DNA of 64,000 bases, taken from NCBI RefSeq assembly GCF_017994835.1, contig NZ_JAGOKC010000001.1; one strand, 5' to 3'. Origin of the DNA: Aquabacterium sp. Lineage in GTDB: Bacteria; Pseudomonadota; Gammaproteobacteria; Burkholderiales; Burkholderiaceae_C. The first letter of the stretch is position 1; every line of letters starts with the position of its first letter. A program made the translations under genes and the position numbers. Of the stretch, positions 9,935-20,491 are shown piece by piece. The notes beneath the pieces were generated by a model. It had not been told where the DNA came from. It saw nothing but the letters and a program-made list of their open reading frames with translations, and searched no databases.

Positions 9935-10723
9935 GTGAGTGATCCCAAACCGAATCCAGACGAGCTGGATGGCTCCGAGCAGCCTTTTGTATCCCACCTG
10001 ATCGAGTTGCGCGATCGGCTGATGCGCGCCGTCATCGCCATCGCCGTGGCTTTTGTGGTGCTGGCCATCTACCCCTCACCCTCGGTGCTGTATGACCTGC
10101 TGGCGATGCCGCTGGTGGAGCACCTGCCCAAGGGTGCCACCCTGATTGCCACCAATCCGATTTCACCCTTCATGGTGCCGATCAAGGTGACCATGCTGGC
10201 GGCCTTCATGCTGGCCCTGCCGGTGGTGCTCTATCAGATTTGGGCGTTTGTGGCACCTGGCCTCTACAGTCATGAGAAAAAGCTGGTGATCCCCTTGATC
10301 GTCTCCAGCACCCTGCTGTTCTTCATCGGTGTGGCGTTTTGCTACTTCTTCGTGTTTGGTCAGGTTTTCACCTTCATCCAGAGTTTCGCGCCCAAAAGCA
10401 TCACGGCGGCACCTGACATCGAGGCCTATCTGAGCTTTGTGCTCAATATGTTTCTGGCCTTTGGTGCGGCCTTCGAGGTGCCCGTGGTGTTGGTGATTCT
10501 GGCGCGCATGGGCATTGTCTCGGTGCAAAAGCTCAAGGATTTCCGCAGCTACTTCATCGTGATCGCCTTCGTGATCGCGGCTGTGGTGACCCCGCCCGAT
10601 GTGGTCTCGCAACTGGCCCTGGCCATCCCGATGTGCCTGTTGTACGAGGTGGGTATCTGGGCAGCACAGATGTTTGTCAAGCACACCAAGGCACCTGATA
10701 GCGACGAGCCGACCAGCTCCTGA
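9935..10723 (+). CDS. tatC: Twin-arginine translocase subunit TatC
   Basis: A six-TM protein with QPFVSHLIELRDRLMR near the N-terminus. I chose the in-frame GTG 9935 just after the tatB stop. The ORF track starts at 9824, inside tatB. Confidence 0.9.
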   Translation: MSDPKPNPDELDGSEQPFVSHLIELRDRLMRAVIAIAVAFVVLAIYPSPSVLYDLLAMPLVEHLPKGATLIATNPISPFMVPIKVTMLAAFMLALPVVLYQIWAFVAPGLYSHEKKLVIPLIVSSTLLFFIGVAFCYFFVFGQVFTFIQSFAPKSITAAPDIEAYLSFVLNMFLAFGAAFEVPVVLVILARMGIVSVQKLKDFRSYFIVIAFVIAAVVTPPDVVSQLALAIPMCLLYEVGIWAAQMFVKHTKAPDSDEPTSS

Positions 10724-10747
10724 ACCAGCTTGCCTGACCTGATCGTC

Positions 10748-10778
10748 AAAAAAATGGCCCGCTTGTGCGGGCCATTTT
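10748..10778. terminator. Bidirectional rho-independent terminator (tatC / PEP-CTERM gene convergent pair)
   Basis: The sequence is aaaaaaa-ATGGCCCGC-ttgt-GCGGGCCAT-tttt. It has a 9-bp perfect GC-rich stem flanked by A and T runs. Confidence 0.8.
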
Positions 10779-10823
10779 GCTTGATCGTGCAGGAGCTGCC
10801 ATATCGCCCCTGCTACGTGAGCA

Positions 10824-11630
10824 TCACACCTTGTGTGAGTGCCGACGTGCCAGCCCTGCACCTGCCAGGGCAAGCCCCACCAGAGCAAGTCCTTCAGGCT
10901 CAGGCACAGACAAAGGTTCGGTAGAGACCGACAAACCGAAGATCAGTTCGTTGCTCGCTCCCTCGACCGTGGTGAAGCCAAGGCAACCCGTTGCGCCGGA
11001 GCCCATGACGGCCTCACAAATGCTGTCACTGAGAACCTGCAGCGTGCCCGTTCCCCCAACTGGAAAGGCGTTCACAAAATACTCGAACCCGTCGTAAGTG
11101 AACGACTCGTTGAGCAGGCCGCTGGTGAGCACGAAAATGTCGTTACAGGGGGTGGGGCTGGCCGCAACGCAGGTACCCGCCTGGTTGGATGTTTCCAGGA
11201 ACTCGATGGCATAGTTGATCGGGGCCAAACCCTGCACAGGACCAACCGGCACCTCAGGAGTGAGGGACAGCGTCACGCGGAGTGTGGCGGTGTCAAGCGT
11301 CGTGCCGGTGATGGGTCGGTTGTTGTGTGTCAGCTTCAAGGTTTCAACAATGTTGGCCAACGGCGGCACGCCGGCTCCGACATAGGTGTCCACGCTGAGC
11401 CCCGGCAAGGCCGGTGGGTTCGTGATGACCAGGGAACTCTGGCCCGATCCAGTCGAGGTGCCCCAACGCAGTCGGGTGTCGCCCAGATCCCGCGTAACGC
11501 CTGACGCAGGCCCGTACGCCGACCAAGTACCTGCAATGTCCACGCCCCAGGTTTCGACCATCGCTGCGCTGGCGTGCGAGCCCAGCAGCATGGCCGCTGC
11601 CGCGAAGATGGTTGTCGTCAAATGCTTCAT
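10824..11630 (-). CDS. PEP-CTERM sorting-domain protein, THxN-like family
   Basis: A signal peptide (MKHLTTTIFAAAAMLLGSHASA), an internal LKLTHNNRPI (THxN motif), and a C-terminal VPEPEGLALVGLALAGAGLARRH PEP-CTERM anchor. I chose ATG 11630. Confidence 0.85.
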   Translation of the reverse strand: MKHLTTTIFAAAAMLLGSHASAAMVETWGVDIAGTWSAYGPASGVTRDLGDTRLRWGTSTGSGQSSLVITNPPALPGLSVDTYVGAGVPPLANIVETLKLTHNNRPITGTTLDTATLRVTLSLTPEVPVGPVQGLAPINYAIEFLETSNQAGTCVAASPTPCNDIFVLTSGLLNESFTYDGFEYFVNAFPVGGTGTLQVLSDSICEAVMGSGATGCLGFTTVEGASNELIFGLSVSTEPLSVPEPEGLALVGLALAGAGLARRHSHKV

Positions 11631-11714
11631 GTTCAACCCCATTTGAAAGTGTGTGAACCCGCATCGACGGGCGATGCGTCCCATGTGGGCCTTGTCACCC
11701 TCATACCCAGCACC

Positions 11715-11731
11715 AAGCACAAACCGTGCCG
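11715..11731 (-). promoter_or_regulatory. Sigma-54 type -24/-12 promoter element
   Basis: The minus strand reads cGGCACGgtttgTGCtt against consensus TGGCACG-N4-TTGCW. GG-to-GC spacing is correct. It lies about 85 nt upstream of ATG 11630. Confidence 0.5.
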
Positions 11732-11839
11732 AATCATCGATTCAGCGTCAAGTGGTTGAAAAATCAATGAATTTTCTGTCGCCAGATTGTGCTGACACTT
11801 ACATGTGTAAATTTTTCCAACACGCGCTGAGCTGGTGCG

Positions 11840-13021
11840 TCATTCTTCACCGTCATCCTGCTGGACCGGCAACGCCATGCGTGGTCGCTTGGCCACCGTG
11901 ACCGTGGCGGTCAGGCTCTGCCCGCCGCGCAGCAGGCGCAATTGCGCCGCCTCACCCGGTTTGAGCGCGGCCACGGCATTGAGCAACTGGGCCGTGTTGG
12001 CCACCTTCTGCGAGGCCACCTCCACCACCACATCGCCCGGGCGCACACCGCCCAAGGCGGCAGGCCCGTTGTGCAGCACGCCGGTGATCAGCACCCCCTC
12101 CTTGAGCGGCAGGTTGAAGGTTTCGGCGATCTCGGGCGTGAGGTCGCGTGGCTCGACACCGATCCAGCCCCGGGTGACCTGGCCGTCGCGGATCAGGCTC
12201 TCCATCACCTGACGGGCCGTAGAGACCGGAATGGCGAAACCGATGCCCATGCTGCCGCCCGAGCGCGAGTAGATTGCGCTGTTGATGCCCACCAGATTGC
12301 CCTCGATGTCCACCAAGGCACCGCCTGAGTTGCCGGGGTTGATGGCGGCATCGGTCTGGATGAAGTTCTCGAAGGTGTTGATGCCCAACTGGTTGCGACC
12401 CAGGGCACTGACGATGCCCGAGGTGACGGTCTGACCGACACCGAAGGGGTTTCCAATGGCCAGCACGGCATCGCCCACTTGCAAGCTGTCAGAGCTGCCG
12501 AAGGTGATGGCAGGCAAACGGTCCAGCTCGACCTTGAGCACGGCCAGATCGGTGTCGGGGTCGGTCCCAATGACCTTGGCCGACGCTTTGCGACCATCGG
12601 TGAGCATGATCTGGATGTCGTCCATGCGATCGACCACATGGTTGTTGGTAAGCACGTAGCCTTCGGGCGAGACAATTACCCCTGACCCTACGCCAGACTG
12701 CGGCTGCGATTCCTGATCACCGAAGAAGTAGCGGAACCACGGGTCGCTGCGTCGGCTCTGACGAGCAGCGGTGTTGCTGGCACTCACACTGACCACGGTC
12801 GGGGCGGCTTTTCTGGCGGCATCGCGGAAGCTGGTCAGTCCGAGCCTCTCTGCACTCGCGCTGCTGGGAGCAGGCGCTGGGGCCGTGACGACCGTGGGCT
12901 CAGGCAACCCTTGCCGGGAGGTCCAGGCCGACAACCATTGTGGCCGGAACGTGGCCACCACAAAGAGCACACCGACGGCAATGGTCACCGTCTGCGAGAA
13001 AATCAACCAGGTTTTGCGCAT
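11840..13021 (-). CDS. DegS/AlgW-type trypsin-like serine protease with one PDZ domain
   Basis: An N-terminal TM segment, catalytic-region motifs TNNHVV, DLAVLK and GNSGGALV, and a C-terminal PDZ. An alternative start at 13066 would overlap the divergent Nif3 gene. Confidence 0.88.
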   Translation of the reverse strand: MRKTWLIFSQTVTIAVGVLFVVATFRPQWLSAWTSRQGLPEPTVVTAPAPAPSSASAERLGLTSFRDAARKAAPTVVSVSASNTAARQSRRSDPWFRYFFGDQESQPQSGVGSGVIVSPEGYVLTNNHVVDRMDDIQIMLTDGRKASAKVIGTDPDTDLAVLKVELDRLPAITFGSSDSLQVGDAVLAIGNPFGVGQTVTSGIVSALGRNQLGINTFENFIQTDAAINPGNSGGALVDIEGNLVGINSAIYSRSGGSMGIGFAIPVSTARQVMESLIRDGQVTRGWIGVEPRDLTPEIAETFNLPLKEGVLITGVLHNGPAALGGVRPGDVVVEVASQKVANTAQLLNAVAALKPGEAAQLRLLRGGQSLTATVTVAKRPRMALPVQQDDGEE

Positions 13022-13049
13022 GAACATCACAAGCCAGAAAGGGCCCGCC

Positions 13050-13799
13050 GTGATCGATAGAGACACCCTGCATTCCCACCTCCACCAACTGCTGGAGGTC
13101 GAACGCTTTCGGGATTATGGGCCGAACGGTCTGCAGGTGGAGGGCAAGCAGGTCATTCGCAAGGTGGTGACCGGGGTGACGGCCAGCCTGGCGCTGATCG
13201 AGGCGGCCATCGAGGCCGAGGCGGATGCCATTCTGGTGCACCACGGCCTGTTCTGGAAGGCGCAGGACGGGCGGGTCACCGGCTGGATGAAGCAGCGTCT
13301 GCAGCGCCTGCTGGCCCACGACATCAACCTGCTGGCCTACCACCTGCCGCTGGACGCCCATGCCAGCCTGGGCAACAACGCACAGTGGGGCGAGAAGTTG
13401 GGGCTGCAGGCCGATGCGCGCTTTGGCGAGCAGGACCTGGGTTTCATTGGTCCGGCGTGGGATGGTTTGACCTTGCCCGAACTGCAAGCTCGAATCTCAG
13501 CGCTGATGGGGCGCGAGCCGGTGGCTGTGGCGGGGGATGGTCGTGCGCTGTGCCGCGTGGCCTGGTGCAGTGGTGGGGCACAGGGGTATTTCGAGTCAGC
13601 GATTGCCGCCGGGGCCGACGTGTTCCTCACCGGAGAGATTTCCGAACCGCAGGCGCACTATGCGCGTGAAACCGGTGTGGCCTTCCTGGCCTGCGGGCAC
13701 CATGCTAGCGAGCGCTATGGGGTGCAGGCGCTGGGCCAGCACCTGGCGGCGCAGCTGGGCGTAGAGCACATGTTCATCGAGATCGACAACCCGGCGTAA
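13050..13799 (+). CDS. Nif3-like dinuclear metal centre protein (YbgI family)
   Basis: VIDRDTLHSHLHQLLEVERFRDYGPNGLQVEGKQVIRKVVTGVTASLALIEAAIEAEADAILVHHGLFWK resembles E. coli YbgI. I chose the GTG start at 13050. The ORF-track extension overlaps the protease gene. Confidence 0.88.
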   Translation: MIDRDTLHSHLHQLLEVERFRDYGPNGLQVEGKQVIRKVVTGVTASLALIEAAIEAEADAILVHHGLFWKAQDGRVTGWMKQRLQRLLAHDINLLAYHLPLDAHASLGNNAQWGEKLGLQADARFGEQDLGFIGPAWDGLTLPELQARISALMGREPVAVAGDGRALCRVAWCSGGAQGYFESAIAAGADVFLTGEISEPQAHYARETGVAFLACGHHASERYGVQALGQHLAAQLGVEHMFIEIDNPA

Positions 13800-13811
13800 G
13801 CACGGCCAAGA

Positions 13812-14591
13812 TCAGAGCCGCACCGGGATGCCGCGCTGCGCCATCAAGGCCTTGGCCTGCGCCACGGTGTACTCGCCATAGTGGAAGATGCTGGCGGCCA
13901 GCACCGCGTCTGCCCCACCCTGCTGCACACCGTCGGCCAGGTGGTCGAGATTACCCACACCACCCGAGGCGATCACCGGCACGCCCACGGCATCGCTCAC
14001 GGCACGAGTCAGTTCCAGATCGAAACCGGACTTGGTGCCATCACGGTCCATGCTGGTCAGCAGGATTTCGCCCGCGCCATGCTCGGCCATCTGCTTGGCC
14101 CAGGCCACGGCGTCGAGCCCCACGTTCTTGCGTCCACCATGGCTGTACACATCCCAGCCCGGTCCACGTGCAGCGAGGTCTTCGCCCTGGCGTTTCTTGG
14201 CGTCGATGGCAACCACGATGCACTGCGAGCCGTAGCGCTCCGACGCTTCGCGGATGACGGGTGGGTTGGCCAGCGCGGCCGAGTTGAAGCTAACCTTATC
14301 GGCGCCGGCATTGAGCAGGCGACGCACGTCTTCGACCGTGCGCACGCCGCCACCCACCGTCAAGGGGATGAAGACCTGCGAGGCCACGGCTTCAATGATG
14401 TGCAGGATCACATCGCGACCATCGCTGGTTGCGGTGATGTCGAGGAAGGTGAGTTCGTCGGCGCCCTGGTCGTTGTAGCGTGCGGCGATCTCGACCGGAT
14501 CACCCGCGTCGCGCAATTCGACGAAGTTGACGCCCTTGACGACACGACCGCCCGTCACGTCCAAACAGGGGATGATGCGTTTGGCAAGCAT
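13812..14591 (-). CDS. hisF: Imidazole glycerol phosphate synthase cyclase subunit
   Basis: [54 protein letters not shown]... (259 aa). The 430-aa ORF in the track carries a spurious N-extension. Confidence 0.96.
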   Translation of the reverse strand: MLAKRIIPCLDVTGGRVVKGVNFVELRDAGDPVEIAARYNDQGADELTFLDITATSDGRDVILHIIEAVASQVFIPLTVGGGVRTVEDVRRLLNAGADKVSFNSAALANPPVIREASERYGSQCIVVAIDAKKRQGEDLAARGPGWDVYSHGGRKNVGLDAVAWAKQMAEHGAGEILLTSMDRDGTKSGFDLELTRAVSDAVGVPVIASGGVGNLDHLADGVQQGGADAVLAASIFHYGEYTVAQAKALMAQRGIPVRL

Positions 14592-14654
14592 TGCTAGCTG
14601 ACTGGTTGAATTAGAGTGTCGCCATTGTCTCAGACAGCACAAATCAATCAGAGG

Positions 14655-15764
14655 ATGTCCATTTTGAAGTCGCACCTGCATCGCCATTTTTTGTCTGTCA
14701 CCTGCCTGGCAGGCCTGATGCTCAGCCACGGTGCTGTGTTGGCCCGTGAAGAGGGACAGGATCATCCGGCCGTGACGCGCTATCCTGGCGCAAAGATCGA
14801 GGGCTACGATTTCAAGGAGTACGAGCAGGCACAACTCATTCTGAGCAAGCCCTATGAGCGCAATGGCACCTATGTGGCCGACAAGCTCTTGCCCCTCGAA
14901 GGGACCGTGACCTACATCCACTACGAGATCGACAAGCAAGCCTCGGCCCTGCAGGTGTTTCGCAACTACCAAAGCATGCTGCGCCGCAGTGGCTTCAAGG
15001 AGTTGTTCGTGTGCGAGCGCCCCTGCATTCGCGACAACCTGGGCGATTTGAAGGCGTTGCTGGGCGCGCGCAGCCTCTACCTCAACGGGGCAGAGGACAT
15101 TCAATACGTGGCGGCTCAGCGCGGCAACACCTATGTGTCACTGGCGGTCAACAGCATGGGCAGCAGCACCGACGCCTGGCTGTTTGTGATCGACAAGGGG
15201 CAGCTTGATGACGGCAAGATGGGCATCTCGGGTGACAGCCCGATTGCCAAGGCCCTTAGCGCCCAAGGGCGCGTGGACCTCTACGGCTTTTACTTCGACA
15301 CAGGCAAATCCAGCCTGAAAAAAGGCTCCGAGAAGACGCTGAACGAGCTGGCCCAGGTGCTGCAGGACAACCCGACACTCAAGATCCAGGTGCTGGGGCA
15401 CACCGACAACGTGGGACAGGACGCCGACAATCAACAACTCTCGCAAGAGCGCGCGCAATCGGTGGTGAATGCGCTCAGCGAACAACAAGGTATCGACGGC
15501 ACGCGCCTGGAGGCGCTCGGCCTGGGAGCAAGCCAACCGATTGCGCCCAACTCCAGTGAAAAAGACCGTGCGCGCAACCGCCGCGTGGAAATTGTGGCCG
15601 TGCCCGACGCCCCATCCCAGACTGCCCAACCGTCGAATCAGCCCACGACCACGTCACCGCAGTCAGGCAAGCAAGGCACTGCGGGTCAGCCGCGTGAGGT
15701 GATCAATACCGCCAACGAGGTGATCAAAGGGATCAACTCGCTGCGCGGACTGTTCGGCCGCTGA
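14655..15764 (+). CDS. OmpA-family protein with a DUF4892-like N-domain
   Basis: A signal peptide ([30 protein letters not shown]) and an OmpA_C motif ([29 protein letters not shown]...NRRVEIV), plus a 55-aa polar C-tail. Confidence 0.82.
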   Translation: MSILKSHLHRHFLSVTCLAGLMLSHGAVLAREEGQDHPAVTRYPGAKIEGYDFKEYEQAQLILSKPYERNGTYVADKLLPLEGTVTYIHYEIDKQASALQVFRNYQSMLRRSGFKELFVCERPCIRDNLGDLKALLGARSLYLNGAEDIQYVAAQRGNTYVSLAVNSMGSSTDAWLFVIDKGQLDDGKMGISGDSPIAKALSAQGRVDLYGFYFDTGKSSLKKGSEKTLNELAQVLQDNPTLKIQVLGHTDNVGQDADNQQLSQERAQSVVNALSEQQGIDGTRLEALGLGASQPIAPNSSEKDRARNRRVEIVAVPDAPSQTAQPSNQPTTTSPQSGKQGTAGQPREVINTANEVIKGINSLRGLFGR

Positions 15765-15821
15765 AGCGAACGCCAGATGCGCTGGCTGCGGTGGTGAACG
15801 GCACCACCGCAGACCATTCGG

Positions 15822-16568
15822 TCAGACGCCGCCGTTGAGTTCGTCGGCGCGCTTTTGGCCGGCGGCGAAATCGAGGTCACCGGTGTAGATGGCGCGGCCA
15901 CAGATCACGCCTTCGACGCCCTCGGGCTCGACCGCGCACAGGCGTTCGATATCTTGCAGGTTGGACAGGCCGCCCGAGGCGATCACGGGGATGCTCAGCG
16001 CCTGGGCCAGCTTGACGGTGGCTTCGATGTTCACGCCCGACAGCATGCCGTCACGACCGATGTCGGTGTAGATGACGCCTTCGACACCATAGTCTTCGAA
16101 CTTCTTGGCGAGGTCCACGACTTCGTGGCCGGAGAGCTTGCTCCAGCCGTCGGTGGCGACCTTGCCGTCCTTGGCGTCCAGGCCCACGATGATGTGGCCG
16201 CCGAAGGCGGTGCAGGCATCACGCAGGAAACCGGGATTCTTGACCGCAGCGGTGCCGATGATGACGTAGCTCAGGCCGCCATCAAGGTAGCGCTCGATGG
16301 TGTCGAGGTCGCGGATGCCACCGCCCAATTGCACGGGGATCTCGTCACCGACCTCTTTGAGGATGGCCTTGATGGCGGCCTGGTTGACGGGCTGGCCGGC
16401 AAAAGCGCCATTGAGGTCCACCAGGTGCAGGCGACGCGCGCCGGCATCCAGCCAGCGCCGGGCCATCGCGGCCGGGTCTTCGCCGAAGGTGGTGGAGTCG
16501 TTCATGTCGCCTTGCTTGAGGCGAACACACTTGCCGTCTTTCAGGTCAATCGCAGGAATCAGCAGCAT
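15822..16568 (-). CDS. hisA: ProFAR isomerase
   Basis: [22 protein letters not shown]...HLVDLNGA...GGGIR... Confidence 0.96.
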   Translation of the reverse strand: MLLIPAIDLKDGKCVRLKQGDMNDSTTFGEDPAAMARRWLDAGARRLHLVDLNGAFAGQPVNQAAIKAILKEVGDEIPVQLGGGIRDLDTIERYLDGGLSYVIIGTAAVKNPGFLRDACTAFGGHIIVGLDAKDGKVATDGWSKLSGHEVVDLAKKFEDYGVEGVIYTDIGRDGMLSGVNIEATVKLAQALSIPVIASGGLSNLQDIERLCAVEPEGVEGVICGRAIYTGDLDFAAGQKRADELNGGV

Positions 16569-16617
16569 GATGGCTGTGGTGCGTCAGTGAGAAGTGATTG
16601 AAAACCCTGGCCCGACA

Positions 16618-17313
16618 TCAGGGCTGCCAGAGCAGGAAATTGCGATACAGGTCCAAGCCATGCTCCGCACTCTTTTCAGGGTGGAACTGCGTCGCGAAAA
16701 TATTATCCCTGGCAACGGCGCAGGTGAAGCGCACACCGTATTCGGTCTCGCCTGCGCTGTGCCGGGGATCATTCACGACGGCATGGTAGCTGTGAACGAA
16801 GTAAAAATAGCTGTTGTCGGGAATACCGGCCCACACCGGATGCGGCTGACCGCCCCAGACGCCTTCGTGGCGGCTTTGGTGCACGGTGTTCCAGCCCATC
16901 TGCGGCACCTTGTAGCGGCTGCCGTCAGGCTGGGTCATGCCATCGAGACGGAAACGCACCACCTTGCCGGGGATCAGGCCCAGGCCGGGCGTGTCCTGCT
17001 CTTCGGAGTGGTCGAGCAGCATCTGCATGCCCACGCACACGCCCATCAGGGGCTTGTGGGCGGCGGCCTCCAGCACGGCACCCAGCAGGTCACCGCCGTG
17101 GGCACCCCGCAGTTCGCTCATGCAATCACGCATGGCCCCCTGCCCTGGCAGCACGACGCGCTGGGCGGCACGCACCACGGCGGGGTCATTGGTGACCACC
17201 ACGTTCAGGTTGAGGTCCTTGGCGGCGTGCTCCACCGCCTGCGACACCGATCGCAGATTGCCCATGCCGTAGTCGATGACGGCCACTGTCGAGGTCTGGC
17301 TCATGAGAGTCAA
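16618..17313 (-). CDS. hisH: Imidazole glycerol phosphate synthase glutaminase subunit
   Basis: [20 protein letters not shown]...[12 protein letters not shown]...HSY... contains the class-I amidotransferase triad. The start is either TTG 17313 or ATG 17304. Confidence 0.94.
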   Translation of the reverse strand: MTLMSQTSTVAVIDYGMGNLRSVSQAVEHAAKDLNLNVVVTNDPAVVRAAQRVVLPGQGAMRDCMSELRGAHGGDLLGAVLEAAAHKPLMGVCVGMQMLLDHSEEQDTPGLGLIPGKVVRFRLDGMTQPDGSRYKVPQMGWNTVHQSRHEGVWGGQPHPVWAGIPDNSYFYFVHSYHAVVNDPRHSAGETEYGVRFTCAVARDNIFATQFHPEKSAEHGLDLYRNFLLWQP

Positions 17314-17338
17314 AAAGATGGCAACAGAGGGGCGAGGC

Positions 17339-17965
17339 TCACAGGGAGCCCTTGGTCGAGGGGATCACGCCAGCCATGCGGGGATCGCGTTCGAGTGCAC
17401 CGCGCAGGGCGCGGGCAAAGGCCTTGAACACAGTTTCGCACTGGTGGTGGGCGTTAACACCCTTGAGGTTGTCGATGTGCAGGGTCACGCCCGCGTGGTT
17501 GACGAAGCCCTGGAAGAACTCATAGGTCAACTGTGTGTCGAAACCACCGATGCTGCCCGAGGTGAAGGGGATGTCGATGTGCAGGCCGGGACGGCCGGAG
17601 AAGTCGATGACGACGCGCGACAGGGCTTCGTCCAGCGGCACATAGGCATGGCCGTAGCGGCGGATGCCCTTCTTGTCGCCCACGGCCTTGGCAAAGGCCT
17701 GGCCCAGGGTGATGCCCACGTCTTCGACCGTGTGGTGGCCGTCAATGTGCAGATCGCCCACCGCATGGATGTCCAGATCGACCAAGCCGTGACGGGCAAT
17801 CTGGTCGAGCATGTGGTCGAAAAACCCGATGCCGGTGTGCAGCTTGGCGGCACCCGTGCCGTCGAGGTTGACGCGCACGGTGATCTGGGTTTCGGCAGTG
17901 TTGCGGGTGACCTCGGCCACGCGGTCGGCACAGTCAGGGGCCGACACCTGTTGAGGAGCGTTCAT
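17339..17965 (-). CDS. hisB: Imidazoleglycerol-phosphate dehydratase
   Basis: [19 protein letters not shown]...[16 protein letters not shown]...[15 protein letters not shown]... Confidence 0.96.
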   Translation of the reverse strand: MNAPQQVSAPDCADRVAEVTRNTAETQITVRVNLDGTGAAKLHTGIGFFDHMLDQIARHGLVDLDIHAVGDLHIDGHHTVEDVGITLGQAFAKAVGDKKGIRRYGHAYVPLDEALSRVVIDFSGRPGLHIDIPFTSGSIGGFDTQLTYEFFQGFVNHAGVTLHIDNLKGVNAHHQCETVFKAFARALRGALERDPRMAGVIPSTKGSL

Positions 17966-19062
17966 GCAGCAGGATTTGTCAAGGGTTCACGCAGGATCTC
18001 GGCCAACGCCGCCATCAAGGCGTCATTTTCGGAGGGCAGGCCCACGGTCAAACGGACACAGTTTGCCAGCAATTGATGCAGTCCGGCCACATTCTTGATC
18101 AGAATCCCTCGGGACTTGAGGGCGGCAAAGGTGGCTGCCGCATCGTTGACGCGCACCAGGATCATGTTGGCCTGGCTGGGATAGGCACGGGCACCGGGCA
18201 AGGTGGACAGGAAGGCCAGAATGCGCTCACGCTCAGCCTTGATGACCTCGGCTTGCCGTGCAAACTCGTCGGCATGTTCCAGCGCAAAGATCGCAGCCTC
18301 GGTGTTGAGCACGCTGATGTTGTAAGGCGGGCGCACTTTTTCGACCTGCTCGATGAGGTCGGCACGGCCCATCATGTAACCCAGGCGCACCCCGGCCAGA
18401 CCGAATTTGGAGAGCGTACGCATCAGCAGCACATGCGGGTGACGCTGGAGTCTGTCCAGATAGCTTTTGCTGGCGAAGGGCTGGTAGGCCTCATCGATCA
18501 CGACCAGACCCACCCCATTGGCACCCACCGCCTGCACGATCTGCTCGATGGCGTCGTCGTCCCACAGGTTGGCGGTGGGGTTGTTTGGATAGGCGATGTA
18601 GGTCAGGGCCGGGCGATGTTCCCGGATCGCGGCCAGCATGGCGGGCGTGTCCAGCTCGAAATCGACCGTGAGCGGCACACCGACAAAGCGCAGGCCATTT
18701 TGCTTGGCGAAGGCCTCGTACATGACAAAACCGGGCAGCGGTGCCAGGGCGACTGCACCCGGCTGGGCACAGGCCACCGACAGCAGCGAGATCAGCTCGT
18801 CTGAGCCATTGCCCAGCACCAGGCCGCACTCAGCCGGGATGTGGGCGTGGCAGCGCAAGGCGGCGTGCAGGGTTTGCTGGCGCGCACCCGGATACCGGTT
18901 CAACGCGACCTGACCCAGACGCTGGCCCAACTCATCCTGCAGCGCGGGTGGCAGGGTGAAGGGGTTCTCCATCGCGTCGAGCTTGATGTAGCCGGCGGCA
19001 TCCTGCACGTGGTAGGCGTGCATGGCGCGCACATCGGCGCGGAAAGTGTCGAGCAGACTCAT
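17962..19062 (-). CDS. hisC: Histidinol-phosphate aminotransferase
   Basis: A 366-aa class-II aminotransferase ([24 protein letters not shown]). It has a 4-nt overlap with hisB. Confidence 0.94.
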   Translation of the reverse strand: MSLLDTFRADVRAMHAYHVQDAAGYIKLDAMENPFTLPPALQDELGQRLGQVALNRYPGARQQTLHAALRCHAHIPAECGLVLGNGSDELISLLSVACAQPGAVALAPLPGFVMYEAFAKQNGLRFVGVPLTVDFELDTPAMLAAIREHRPALTYIAYPNNPTANLWDDDAIEQIVQAVGANGVGLVVIDEAYQPFASKSYLDRLQRHPHVLLMRTLSKFGLAGVRLGYMMGRADLIEQVEKVRPPYNISVLNTEAAIFALEHADEFARQAEVIKAERERILAFLSTLPGARAYPSQANMILVRVNDAAATFAALKSRGILIKNVAGLHQLLANCVRLTVGLPSENDALMAALAEILREPLTNPAA

Positions 19063-19079
19063 GGTGTCTCTTGGTCTGG

Positions 19080-20393
19080 TTACTTCTTGAGCCGGAACTC
19101 AGCCGCCTGCGCGTGGGCTTGCAGGCCTTCACCATAGGCCAGCACAGCCGCGGTCTTGCCCAGGACCTGGGCACCCGCTTCGCTGACCTCGATCAGGCTG
19201 CTGCGCTTTTGGAAGTCATAGACCCCCAGGGGCGAGCTGAAGCGCGAGGTGCCCGAGGTGGGCAGCACGTGGTTGGGGCCAGCGCAGTAGTCGCCCAGTG
19301 ACTCGGAGGTGTACGCCCCCAGGAAGATGGCCCCGGCGTGGCGCAGCAGCGGCTCCCAGGTGTGCGGGTCGTTGCTGCTGACTTCCAGGTGTTCAGGAGC
19401 GATGCGGTTGCTGATCTCGCAGGCCTCTTCCATGCTGCGGGTGTGGATCAGCGCGCCCCGCCCTTCCAGCGACGCACGGATGATGGCGGCGCGCGGCATG
19501 GTGGGCAGCAGGCGGTCGATGGCCGCTTGCACCTGGGCGATGTAGGCGGCATCCGGGCACAGCAGGATGCTTTGCGCCAACTCGTCGTGCTCGGCCTGGC
19601 TGAACAGGTCCATGGCGACCCAGTCGGCCGGGGTGCTGCCGTCGGCCAGCACGAGGATCTCGCTGGGGCCGGCGATCATGTCGATGCCGACCTGGCCGAA
19701 GACGTGCTTCTTGGCGCTGGCCACATAGGCATTGCCCGGGCCGGTGATCTTGTCCACTTTGGGGACCGTGGCGGTGCCATAGGCCAAAGCGCCCACAGCC
19801 TGCGCCCCACCGATGGTGAAGGCACGGCTGACGCCGGCCACGTAGGCGGCGGCCAGTACCAGCGGGTTCTTTTCGCCACGGGGGGTGGGCACGACCATGA
19901 TGATCTCGGGCACGCCGGCCACATGGGCGGGGATGGCGTTCATCAGCACGGACGAGGGGTACGCGGCCTTGCCGCCGGGCACATAGATGCCCACGCGATC
20001 GAGCGGCGTGACCTTCTGACCCAGCAAGGTGCCGTCTTCGTCGCGGTAGGACCAGCTCAGGCCGCAGGCCTGCTTCTGACGCTCGTGGTAGCTGCGCACG
20101 CGGGCGGCGGCGGCTTCGAGCGCGGTACGTTGTTCGGCGGGCAGGCTGTCGAACGCGGCTTTCAGTTCGGCTTGTCCGAGCTCCAGGTCAGCCAGGCTCG
20201 CCACATCGAGTTGGTCGAAGCGAGCGGTGTACTCCAGCACGGCGGCATCGCCCCGGGTGCGCACATCGGCCAGGATGGCGGCCACGCGGTCTTCGATGGC
20301 CGTGTCGGTCTCGGCCGACCAATGCAGCACCTTCTGAAAGGCGGCTTCGAAGTCGGGCTGGGAGGTGGCGAGGTGGCGGATCTGGACTGTCAT
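19080..20393 (-). CDS. hisD: Histidinol dehydrogenase
   Basis: A 437-aa protein with [25 protein letters not shown] and QAEHDE motifs. Confidence 0.96.
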   Translation of the reverse strand: MTVQIRHLATSQPDFEAAFQKVLHWSAETDTAIEDRVAAILADVRTRGDAAVLEYTARFDQLDVASLADLELGQAELKAAFDSLPAEQRTALEAAAARVRSYHERQKQACGLSWSYRDEDGTLLGQKVTPLDRVGIYVPGGKAAYPSSVLMNAIPAHVAGVPEIIMVVPTPRGEKNPLVLAAAYVAGVSRAFTIGGAQAVGALAYGTATVPKVDKITGPGNAYVASAKKHVFGQVGIDMIAGPSEILVLADGSTPADWVAMDLFSQAEHDELAQSILLCPDAAYIAQVQAAIDRLLPTMPRAAIIRASLEGRGALIHTRSMEEACEISNRIAPEHLEVSSNDPHTWEPLLRHAGAIFLGAYTSESLGDYCAGPNHVLPTSGTSRFSSPLGVYDFQKRSSLIEVSEAGAQVLGKTAAVLAYGEGLQAHAQAAEFRLKK

Positions 20394-20491
20394 GGTGCCA
20401 AGGATCTCAGAAATCAGGAACAGGTGGGACGCTGAGACAATGGGTTCTCGCGATCAGCGTCATAGGTCAGTGGCAGGCTCTGCCCGAGCGC

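Noticed and set aside
12771-13049. N-terminal extension of the Nif3-like ORF
   Set aside because: It overlaps the protease gene antisense. Homology to YbgI begins at the GTG at 13050.
14592-15104. 171-aa N-terminal extension of the hisF ORF in the track
   Set aside because: HisF homologs start at [12 protein letters not shown]. The extension overlaps the well-supported OmpA-family gene on the other strand.
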